The position numbers were made by a program, and so were the translations under genes. From Phycisphaerales bacterium (GTDB lineage: Bacteria > Planctomycetota > Phycisphaerae > Phycisphaerales > UBA1924): 32,000 nt of DNA. The notes under the pieces were generated by a model that was not told where the DNA came from, did no database searches, and worked only from the letters and a program-made list of their open reading frames with translations. The stretch is from contig JBOHNL010000019.1 of the NCBI GenBank assembly GCA_050730655.1, positions 106,689-138,688 of the forward strand, written 5' to 3'. Below are positions 25,122 to 32,000 of the stretch, one piece after another. Each line of letters starts with the position of its first letter. Positions within the stretch are counted from its first letter, which is position 1.

Positions 25122-26337
25122 ACACAAGAGCGTGATCAAGATCGGCCGTCAAATCTTCGACATCCTCGCAGCCGACACTCAGGCGGATCAGGCCGTCGGC
25201 GATTCCGAGGATCGCGCGGGTTGGTGCCGGCACGCTCGCATGCGTCATGATCGCCGGGTGCTCGATAAGGCTTTCGACGCCGCCGAGCGACTCCGCCAGC
25301 GAGAAGAGCTTGGTCCTTTCGAGTACCTTCCGGGACGGCTCGAGCCCTCCCTTCACGACGCATGAAATCATGCCGCCGAAGCCGTTTCGCATCTGCTTCT
25401 TCGCGAGCGCGTGCTGCGGATGACTCGCAAGGCCCGGGTAGATCACCTTTTCGATCTTGGCGTGCTGCTCCAGCCACTGCGCGATCTTCATTGCGTTCTC
25501 GCAGTGGCGCTGCATGCGGAGGTGTAGCGTCTTGGTGCTGCGGAGCATGAGGAAGCAATCCATCGCGCCCGGCACGGCTCCCACCGCGTTCTGGACGTAC
25601 TTCAGACGCTCGCCGAGTTCCTCCGACTTCGTGACAATCGCGCCCGCGACCATGTCGCTGTGGCCACCAATGTACTTGGTGCACGAGTGCAACACCACAT
25701 CCGCGCCGTGCGCGAGCGGATTCTGGAGATAGGGCGAAGCGAACGTGTTATCGACGATCAGCAGCGGTTTTTCGAGAGGCGTCCCGAGCGGGCCGATCGT
25801 CTTGTCCGTATCGCCGAAATCACTCACTTTCGCGCTGTCCACGAGTTTGCGCATGCCGGGAATATCGATGACCTTGAGCATCGGGTTGCTTGGCGTCTCG
25901 AGCCAGACCGCCCGCGTCTTGGGCGTCATCGCCTTTTCGACTTCGGCGAGTTTGGTCATGTCCACCCGCGTGTAGGACATGTTCATGTGCCGGAAGACTT
26001 TGTCCATCTGCCGGAACGAGCCGCCGTAGACATCGTCCGAAAGCACGACGTGATCACCCGCCCGAAGTTGGTGGAGAACGCAATCCATGGCCGCGAGGCC
26101 GCTTGAGAACGCGAGCCCAACCGTGCCCCCTTCAAGTGCCGCGAGATTGTCCTCGAGCGCCTGGCGCGTCGGGTTCTTGCTCCGCGCGTAGTCGTATCCG
26201 TCCTTGAACACGCCCGGCGACTTCTGCACGAACGTGCTGGTCATGTAGACGGGCGTCATGATCGCGCCGGTCGTCGGGTCCGGCTCCTGGCCGGCGTGGA
26301 TGCAGTTGGTTCCGAAACGATGCGTTTCTTGCGACAT
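25120..26337 (-). CDS. cystathionine gamma-lyase / gamma-synthase family PLP enzyme
   Basis: RFGTNCIHAGQEPDP.TGA...P.Y.TSTF, VVDNTFASPYLQNPL and the PLP-Lys motif HSCTKYIGGHSD. Lies downstream of a CBS gene, which favours a gamma-lyase (reverse transsulfuration) role. Confidence 0.88.
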   Translation of the reverse strand: MSQETHRFGTNCIHAGQEPDPTTGAIMTPVYMTSTFVQKSPGVFKDGYDYARSKNPTRQALEDNLAALEGGTVGLAFSSGLAAMDCVLHQLRAGDHVVLSDDVYGGSFRQMDKVFRHMNMSYTRVDMTKLAEVEKAMTPKTRAVWLETPSNPMLKVIDIPGMRKLVDSAKVSDFGDTDKTIGPLGTPLEKPLLIVDNTFASPYLQNPLAHGADVVLHSCTKYIGGHSDMVAGAIVTKSEELGERLKYVQNAVGAVPGAMDCFLMLRSTKTLHLRMQRHCENAMKIAQWLEQHAKIEKVIYPGLASHPQHALAKKQMRNGFGGMISCVVKGGLEPSRKVLERTKLFSLAESLGGVESLIEHPAIMTHASVPAPTRAILGIADGLIRLSVGCEDVEDLTADLDHALV

Positions 26338-26361
26338 GCTTGTGCTCTGTGAAGCGGAAGA

Positions 26362-26475
26362 GAGAGAACGCGGAGTACGCGGAGAGGGCGGAGTTGCGCG
26401 GAGTAAATCAATTCATCAGTATCTGATCTGGCTCTCCGCGAGGCTCCGCAACCTCAGTGCTCTCCCCGTTCTCTC
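26362..26475. repeat. long imperfect inverted repeat (about 114 nt) in the CBS-CGL spacer, built from GCGGAG / CTCCGC units
   Basis: Perfect outer stem GAGAGAACG (26362-26370) / CGTTCTCTC (26467-26475). Left arm carries four CGGAG-containing units; right arm carries CTCCGCG, CTCCGC and CTCTCC. Apical mini-palindrome ATCAGTATCTGAT (26414-26426). Confidence 0.6.
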
Positions 26476-26490
26476 GAAAACGTATGGAGT

Positions 26491-27867
26491 TCAGCGACCT
26501 TTTTTGCTCATGAAATCAATCACGTCAATCTGACTCACCACTCCCACGATCTTCTCGTTATCCACGACGATCGCGACCTGATTTGTCTCGAAGATGCGAT
26601 AGAGCTCTTCGATGCGGGCCTTCGGATAAATCAATCCACCGATGCGCTGCGCCACCGTCTTCACGGGCGACGACATCTGGGCGTGACCTTCCTGCAATCC
26701 CCGGAGAATGTCCACTTCCGCGATGATTGCGTGCGGGCGGCCCTTGTCGTCGACCACGGGCACCTGCGAGACGCCGTGCTTCTTGAGGAGCGCGATCACC
26801 GACTCGACCGAGTCGGTTTCCTTTGCCGTGATGACCTGCCCTTGTCGCCCCTTGAGGATGTCTTCCACGATGCCCAGATCGCGGTCGCTGCCGAGGAAGC
26901 CGTAATCCTTCATCCACGCGTCGTTCAGGAACTTGGTCGTATAGCGCGTCGCCGAATCGGGAAGCAGCGTGACAACCGTCTTGCCGGGTCCGAGCAGTTT
27001 GGCGACCTTGATCGCGATGTGGACGTTGCAGCCCGAAGATCCGCCGCAGAAGAGACCCTCTTCTCGTACCAGTCGCCGTGCCACCGTGAACGCTTCTTTG
27101 TCGTTGGTTTGATGGAACTCATCGACCACCGAGTAGTCCATCGCGTCGCAAAGAATATCTTCGCCGATGCCCTCGACCTTGTACACGTGCGGAGTCGGCA
27201 TCGTCTTGGTGTAGAAGTAGTGATAGTGCACGCTGCCGATCGGATCGACGCCGACGATGCGGACATGCGGATGGTTCCGCTTGAAATAGCGGCCGATGCC
27301 CGAAATCGTTCCGCCGGTTCCAGCGCCGGCAACCACCGCATCCACCTTGCCGCCGGTCTGCTTCCAGATCTCGGGGCCTGTGGAAAGCATGTGCGCATCG
27401 ATGTTGAGCGGGTTGTGATACTGGTTCACATAAAACGCGCCGGGCGTCTCGCGTGCGATGCGCTTGGCGGTCTCGACATAGTGCTCGGGTGAATCGCCCG
27501 GGACATCCGTCGGAGTAATCACCACTTCCGCACCGAACGCCTTGAGCATGTTCACTTTCTCAAGGCTCATCTTGTCCGGCATCGTGAAAACACACCGATA
27601 CCCTCGAACCGCGGCCCACATCGCGACACCCTGACCCGTGTTGCCGCTGGTGTTCTCAACAATCGTCGCGCCGGGCTTGATCAGTCCCTGCTTCTCGCTC
27701 TCGTTCAGAATGTGCACCGCCATCCGGTCCTTGATCGAACCGGTCGGGTTCATGTACTCGCACTTGACGAGCACCGTGGCCGAATCGGGGCCAACGACCT
27801 TGTTCAGGCGGACGAGGGGAGTATTACCGACGGCATCCAAAATATTTGCGTAGATGTTTGCGTGCAT
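26491..27867 (-). CDS. cystathionine beta-synthase (PLP fold-type II domain plus tandem CBS/Bateman module)
   Basis: CEYMNPTGSIKDRMA (PLP Lys) and ENTSGNTGQGVA. The C-terminal 130 aa or so contain two CBS repeats (ITAKETDSVESVIALLKKHGVSQVPVVD; IYPKARIEELYRIFETNQVAIVVD). Confidence 0.88.
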   Translation of the reverse strand: MHANIYANILDAVGNTPLVRLNKVVGPDSATVLVKCEYMNPTGSIKDRMAVHILNESEKQGLIKPGATIVENTSGNTGQGVAMWAAVRGYRCVFTMPDKMSLEKVNMLKAFGAEVVITPTDVPGDSPEHYVETAKRIARETPGAFYVNQYHNPLNIDAHMLSTGPEIWKQTGGKVDAVVAGAGTGGTISGIGRYFKRNHPHVRIVGVDPIGSVHYHYFYTKTMPTPHVYKVEGIGEDILCDAMDYSVVDEFHQTNDKEAFTVARRLVREEGLFCGGSSGCNVHIAIKVAKLLGPGKTVVTLLPDSATRYTTKFLNDAWMKDYGFLGSDRDLGIVEDILKGRQGQVITAKETDSVESVIALLKKHGVSQVPVVDDKGRPHAIIAEVDILRGLQEGHAQMSSPVKTVAQRIGGLIYPKARIEELYRIFETNQVAIVVDNEKIVGVVSQIDVIDFMSKKGR

Positions 27868-28025
27868 AAGGGTGCGTTCACCTTACCAAATTGACGGGCA
27901 GAAGGGCCTCTTTCCTGTTTCCGACGATACGCCCCGGATCGCGGGCTGGTCAGGTTCGAAATCCGCATCGAGAACGGTTTGCCCGCATCCAACAATGCCG
28001 CTCCGGCGAGTTCTTTTCGTACCCC

Positions 28026-29495
28026 ATGAATACCGCCCCCCAAAACATCTCAAAATCTGTTTCCTCCGAACTACCCCGCACCTTGAAAGCACTCCGAGCT
28101 TCCGGCTGGAAGTCGCGGTCGGTCAAGGCGGAGCTGCGCGCAAACCTCAGCTGCGCCCTGCGTTCCGGCGACGTGCTCTTTCCGGGCATCGTCGGTTTCG
28201 ACAGCACGGTCATCCCCGAAATCGTCAACGCGGCACTCGCGGGGCATGACATGCTCTTTCTGGGCGAAAAGGGTCAGGCCAAGAGCCGGCTGATGCGCCA
28301 GCTTTCCCGTTTCCTGGATCCGGTCATCCCCTATCTCGATATTCCGAACGATTTCCGTGGCGGCTCGCCGGTCCACGAAGACCCGGATCGTCCGATCACC
28401 AGCGTCGGCCGCGCGTTCCTGGCCCAGCACGGCGAGAACGCCCCAATCGCGTGGTGGCCCCGTGAAGAGCGCTACGCCGAACGCCTCGCACCCGGGACAA
28501 AGTTTGCCGACGTCGTTGGCGAGATCGATCCGGGTAAGCTCGCCTCCGGCGCGAGCATGTCGGTCGAAGAGTCGCTGCACTTTGGCCTCATCCCCCGCAT
28601 GCACCGCGGCATCTTCGCCATGAACGAACTCCCCGACCTTGACGATCTCGTCCAGGTTGGCCTCTTCAACATCCTCGAAGAACGCGATGTCCAGATTCGT
28701 GGCTATCCGATCAAGTTCGACCTCGACATCCTTGTGCTCTTCTCGGCCAACCCGAGCACATACAACCGCTCGGGCAAGGTGATCCCGCAGCTCAAGGATC
28801 GAATCGGCAGCACGATCCAGACGCACTATCCGATCGAACGCGAGCTCGGTATCGAGATCATGGAGCAGGAGACGGCAAAGGGTGAAGGCGGCGACTTGGG
28901 TGGCGACTTCCCGGTTGTCGTCCCGCCGTTCATGAAAGAGATCGTCGAGCAAATCTCAATCGCGGCACGCAAGAGCAAATTCGTCGATCACGCGTCCGGC
29001 GTCTCCGCGCGTTTGAGTATCGCGGTCTATCGCACCATGATCGCGTCGGCACGGCAGCGGGCGATTCGACTGAACGAGAAACCTGCAGTCCCACGCATCA
29101 GCGACCTTGCACACTTTCACACCGCGGCAACGGGCAAGCTCGAACTCGACATGATGGGAAGCCATCAGTTGTCTGAAAAGCAGGTACTCGATTCGATCGC
29201 GGCAGAAGCCGTCAAGACCGTCTTCACCGAATACGTGAGCGAACACGGTCTTGCTGAGATCAGCGAGATCTTTGCGAAGGGAGTCAAGATCGAAGTCGGC
29301 GACATGCTGCCGAGTTCGCATTACGAGAAACTTCTGAAGCGTGTGCCGCCGGTGTGGGACAAAGCATTTGAGGTCAACGCATCGACCGATCCGGCCGTGC
29401 GGGCAAGCTGTGTTGAGTTTGTCCTCAGCGGGCTGTATGCCGCAGATCGGATCAGCCGCTCCCAGCGGCACGGGACCATCACGTTCGAGACCTGA
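28026..29495 (+). CDS. ChlI/BchI-like AAA+ ATPase (Mg-chelatase subunit I-like) with atypical Walker motifs
   Basis: [51 protein letters not shown] aligns to the ChlI core. Walker A is GEKGQAKS (28263-28286). Walker B is IFAMNE (28611-28628). ATG at 28026 preferred over the ORF-track start at 27891. Confidence 0.8.
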   Translation: MNTAPQNISKSVSSELPRTLKALRASGWKSRSVKAELRANLSCALRSGDVLFPGIVGFDSTVIPEIVNAALAGHDMLFLGEKGQAKSRLMRQLSRFLDPVIPYLDIPNDFRGGSPVHEDPDRPITSVGRAFLAQHGENAPIAWWPREERYAERLAPGTKFADVVGEIDPGKLASGASMSVEESLHFGLIPRMHRGIFAMNELPDLDDLVQVGLFNILEERDVQIRGYPIKFDLDILVLFSANPSTYNRSGKVIPQLKDRIGSTIQTHYPIERELGIEIMEQETAKGEGGDLGGDFPVVVPPFMKEIVEQISIAARKSKFVDHASGVSARLSIAVYRTMIASARQRAIRLNEKPAVPRISDLAHFHTAATGKLELDMMGSHQLSEKQVLDSIAAEAVKTVFTEYVSEHGLAEISEIFAKGVKIEVGDMLPSSHYEKLLKRVPPVWDKAFEVNASTDPAVRASCVEFVLSGLYAADRISRSQRHGTITFET

Positions 29496-29503
29496 GCGAT
29501 TTC

Positions 29504-31273
29504 ATGGCGCCAAGTGACGAAGTACACTCCAGCGGCAAATCCAACGGGGATTCCCTCCCCGCGCCGGGGCTTATCCACACGTACCTCGGGTACGACCCGA
29601 AGAACTTTCCATCCCCCACCGCCGAACCGCCGGACCTTGCTTCCGCGGCGATGGAGCACATGCTGGCGTATGGCTCCACGCGCGATCTGACGCCCGAAGA
29701 ACTGGCGAACGCGATCCGCCTCGACCCGAGCATGTTCCCGAAGCTCGGGCCGAGTCTGGAATCGCTGATCGCCATGCTCGAAGAGCGCAAGCAGCGGATT
29801 CTGGAGACGTACGAGATCGATTCAGCGCGAAAGGCCGCGGCAGCCGACTACCAGCGAACGCTGCGCGAAGCCAACCCTCCGGGGAAATTTCGCTCCACCT
29901 TCGAAAAGTTCGCCAAGAGCGAGCAGATCCGCGAACTGGAAAAGCTCTGGGAAGCACAGCGCGATGACAACTCGCCCTTCGCGCGGGATCTGATGCGGAT
30001 CACGACGGCCCTCGGAGACAAGTACCAGCTTGATCAACTCGCGGGCAAGTACTCGTTCTCCGGACGCGAAAGAACGGATGTCGAACGCGCGATCGAGTTG
30101 AAGGAGGAACTCGAAACAATCGACCGGCTACTGGAACAACTCAAAGAGGCGATGCAGAACGCCCAGCTCGCGATCATCGACCTTGATGAGCTTTCGCAGT
30201 TTGCCGAGTCGCAAGACATCGATAACATCAACGACCTGCAGAAGCAGATCGAGAACTACCTGCGCCAGGAAATGGAACGCCAAGGTATCGAGCAAACCAA
30301 GCGCGGCCTCTCGCTCACGCCAAAGGCCGCCAAGATTTTCCAGTCGCGCGTGTTGAGTGAGATTTTCAGCGAGCTGCAGGCTGCACGGTCGGGCCGACAT
30401 ACCGGCCCAATCTACGGCGAAGGCGCGGTCGAATTGCCTCGCACGAAGCAGTACGAATTTGGCGATTCGATCGCGAACATCGATGCGCCGGGCAGTTTCA
30501 TCAACGCCGCGATCCGCAGCGCTCGGGAGAACGATTCGCGCCGTTCCGCAAACGCACCGAAGCGTCTCCGCCTCGATCTCTCCGACATCGAGATCCATCG
30601 CACCCGCAACAACCCGCGCTGCGCATCGTGCGTTCTGCTCGATATGTCCGGCTCGATGCGGTACGGAGGGCAGTACATCGATGTGAAGCGCATGGGCATG
30701 GGCCTCGATGGGCTGATCCGCTCCGAGTATCCGAATGACTTTCTCCGCATCATCGAGATGTACACGTTCGCCAAGGTGCGCACGATCAGCGAGCTGCCGA
30801 CGCTGATGCCCAAGATGGTCTCGATCAATAGCCCGGTCGTGCGCCTCAAAGCCGACATGAGCGATCCGGAGGTCGTCGAATCGCGTGTGCCGCAGCACTT
30901 CACCAACATCCAGCGTGCGTTGCAGCTTGCGCGACAGTTGCTCTCGGCACAAGACACGCCCAACCGCCAGGTCATGCTCATCACCGACGGCCTGCCGACT
31001 GCTCACTTCGAAGGCAGCGATCTCTACATGCTCTACCCGCCCGACCCCCGCACGGAAGAAGCAACGATGCGCGAGGCACAGTTATGCGCGAAAGAGAACA
31101 TCACGATCAATATCTTCCTGCTCCCAAGCTGGTCGCAAACGCACGAGGACATTCGATTTGCACAGAAAATGGCACAGGGAACCGGCGGCCGCGTCTTTTT
31201 CACGGGTGGCAAGGATCTCGATCGATTCGTGCTGTGGGATTACGTCAGCCATCGCCGCAAGATCATCGGCTGA
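29504..31273 (+). CDS. vWA domain protein (acidic coiled-coil N-terminal region plus C-terminal vWA, CoxE/ChlD-like)
   Basis: Starts 8 nt after the ATPase stop. MIDAS DMSGS at 30641-30655 in CVLLDMSGSMRYGG. Downstream ITDGLPTA. The N-terminal half is Glu/Gln/Leu-rich helical. Confidence 0.82.
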   Translation: MAPSDEVHSSGKSNGDSLPAPGLIHTYLGYDPKNFPSPTAEPPDLASAAMEHMLAYGSTRDLTPEELANAIRLDPSMFPKLGPSLESLIAMLEERKQRILETYEIDSARKAAAADYQRTLREANPPGKFRSTFEKFAKSEQIRELEKLWEAQRDDNSPFARDLMRITTALGDKYQLDQLAGKYSFSGRERTDVERAIELKEELETIDRLLEQLKEAMQNAQLAIIDLDELSQFAESQDIDNINDLQKQIENYLRQEMERQGIEQTKRGLSLTPKAAKIFQSRVLSEIFSELQAARSGRHTGPIYGEGAVELPRTKQYEFGDSIANIDAPGSFINAAIRSARENDSRRSANAPKRLRLDLSDIEIHRTRNNPRCASCVLLDMSGSMRYGGQYIDVKRMGMGLDGLIRSEYPNDFLRIIEMYTFAKVRTISELPTLMPKMVSINSPVVRLKADMSDPEVVESRVPQHFTNIQRALQLARQLLSAQDTPNRQVMLITDGLPTAHFEGSDLYMLYPPDPRTEEATMREAQLCAKENITINIFLLPSWSQTHEDIRFAQKMAQGTGGRVFFTGGKDLDRFVLWDYVSHRRKIIG

Positions 31274-31279
31274 CATTTT

Positions 31280-32000
31280 TCACTCTTCGAAAAGCGCATC
31301 CACAAACTTCTCTGGCTCAAACGGCTGCACATCATCCGGCGTCTCGCCCACGCCGATGAACTTCACCGGAATCTTGGTCACTTCCTTGATTGCCACAACG
31401 ATGCCGCCTTTCGCGGTTCCGTCGAGCTTCGCAAGGAAGATTCCTGTCACGCCAACCGCATCCGCCGGCTTTGGCTGATTCGCACCAAACCCCGCGACGG
31501 CGCGGTCAAACTCTTCGGCTTGCCGCAGCGCGTTCTGGCCGGCGGTCGCATCGAGCACGAGCAACACCTCATGCGGCCCGCCGGGAATCTGCTTACTCAC
31601 GACCGAGCGGATTTTCGTCAGCTGACGCATCAACGGATCCTGCGTTTGCAATCGCCCGGCCGTATCGAGAATCAGCACATCCGCCCCCCGTGCCTTCGCC
31701 GCCTGACACGCGTCAAACGCGACCGCGGCGGGATCACCCCCTTGCTGTCCCTTCACCACATCGATCCCAAGCCGCTCGCCCCAGATCTCAAGCTGCCGCA
31801 CCGCACCCGCGCGGAATGTATCGCAAGCGCCGAGCATGACCTTGTTGCCGCGTGATTGCAGCAACTTCGCGAGCTTGCTGATGCTCGTCGTCTTGCCGGC
31901 GCCGTTCACACCTGTGACGAGAATCACTGTCGGCTTCTCGCCGGCCGGCGCGAGCCGCAGTTCGCGATCTTGCGGCGGCCACATCGAGCGAAGCTCGCCC
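31280..32000 (-). CDS. ftsY: signal recognition particle receptor FtsY (3' part; N-terminus beyond window)
   Basis: NG-domain motifs GVNGAGKTTSISKLA, DTAGRLQ and AKLDGTAKGG. The frame stays open to nt 32000, so the ATG at 31984 is internal. Confidence 0.9.
   Translation of the reverse strand, partial: GELRSMWPPQDRELRLAPAGEKPTVILVTGVNGAGKTTSISKLAKLLQSRGNKVMLGACDTFRAGAVRQLEIWGERLGIDVVKGQQGGDPAAVAFDACQAAKARGADVLILDTAGRLQTQDPLMRQLTKIRSVVSKQIPGGPHEVLLVLDATAGQNALRQAEEFDRAVAGFGANQPKPADAVGVTGIFLAKLDGTAKGGIVVAIKEVTKIPVKFIGVGETPDDVQPFEPEKFVDALFEE

Noticed and set aside
27953-27964. GGTTCGAAATCC, resembling a tRNA T-loop, in the CBS/ATPase intergenic region
   Set aside because: The flanks cannot form a 5-bp T-stem (TCAGG versus TCCGC), the loop has an extra A, and no acceptor or anticodon arms can be drawn. 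It is not a tRNA or tmRNA.
27868-28025. Possible SAM/SAH-type riboswitch in the 5' leader of the cystathionine beta-synthase gene
   Set aside because: Only a generic GCGGGC...GCCCGC long-range pairing is visible. I cannot recognise any riboswitch consensus by eye. It would need an Rfam/Infernal scan, so it is not reported as a feature.
28071-28952. 293-aa and 292-aa minus-strand ORFs (28071..28952 and 30128..31006) opposite the ATPase and vWA genes
   Set aside because: The plus-strand frames carry ChlI-like and vWA/MIDAS motifs. The antisense products are low-complexity Arg/Asp/Leu-rich with no recognisable features.
1-32000. Search for CRISPR arrays, IS elements, integrases, toxin-antitoxin pairs, retron or DGR-like elements and rRNA/tRNA genes
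   Set aside because: I saw no spaced direct repeats, terminal inverted repeats, transposase, recombinase or reverse-transcriptase motifs, or structured RNA genes. The window looks like core chromosome rather than a mobile island. This was an inspection by eye, not an exhaustive computation.

Overview
GC-rich bacterial chromosomal window that is almost entirely coding. I support about 25 CDS. I found no rRNA, tRNA, CRISPR array, transposase or integrase by eye. The gene content (PEP-CTERM sorting signal, very large Ala-rich exported proteins, many genes without a Shine-Dalgarno) suggests a Planctomycetota/Verrucomicrobiota-like organism, but that is inference only.

Layout:
- 74-922: charged coiled-coil ORF, possibly truncated by the window edge.
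- 977-11704 (minus strand): a long run of tightly packed genes. The core is an eight-gene, translationally coupled operon: membrane-anchored vWA protein, exported 388-aa protein, ExbB, ExbD, ExbD, 898-aa TPR-like protein, 924-aa bitopic protein with a degenerate J-domain, and a 302-aa exported CxxCxGxG zinc-finger protein. A small tRNA-binding-domain gene follows.
- 11971-13362: pyrH-frr with a terminator.
- 13614-14822: orphan PEP-CTERM protein.
- 14954-19347 (minus strand): zinc-ribbon polytopic membrane protein, zincin-like metallopeptidase, SppA, aldo/keto reductase.
- 19431-22702: CDGSH Fe-S protein convergent with a roughly 1000-aa YdiJ-like FAD/Fe-S oxidoreductase.
- 22887-25049: DUF4139-like exported protein.
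- 25120-27867 (minus strand): cystathionine beta-synthase and cystathionine gamma-lyase/synthase (reverse transsulfuration), separated by a long structured spacer.
- 28026-31273: ChlI-like AAA+ ATPase plus C-terminal vWA protein.
- 31280-32000: 3' part of ftsY.

The best candidate for an undescribed system is the orphan ExbB-ExbD-ExbD operon, which has no TonB or receptor and about 8.5 kb of unrecognisable partner genes. The second candidate is the chelatase-like ATPase/vWA pair. All family calls come from motif recognition by eye. No database search was run.
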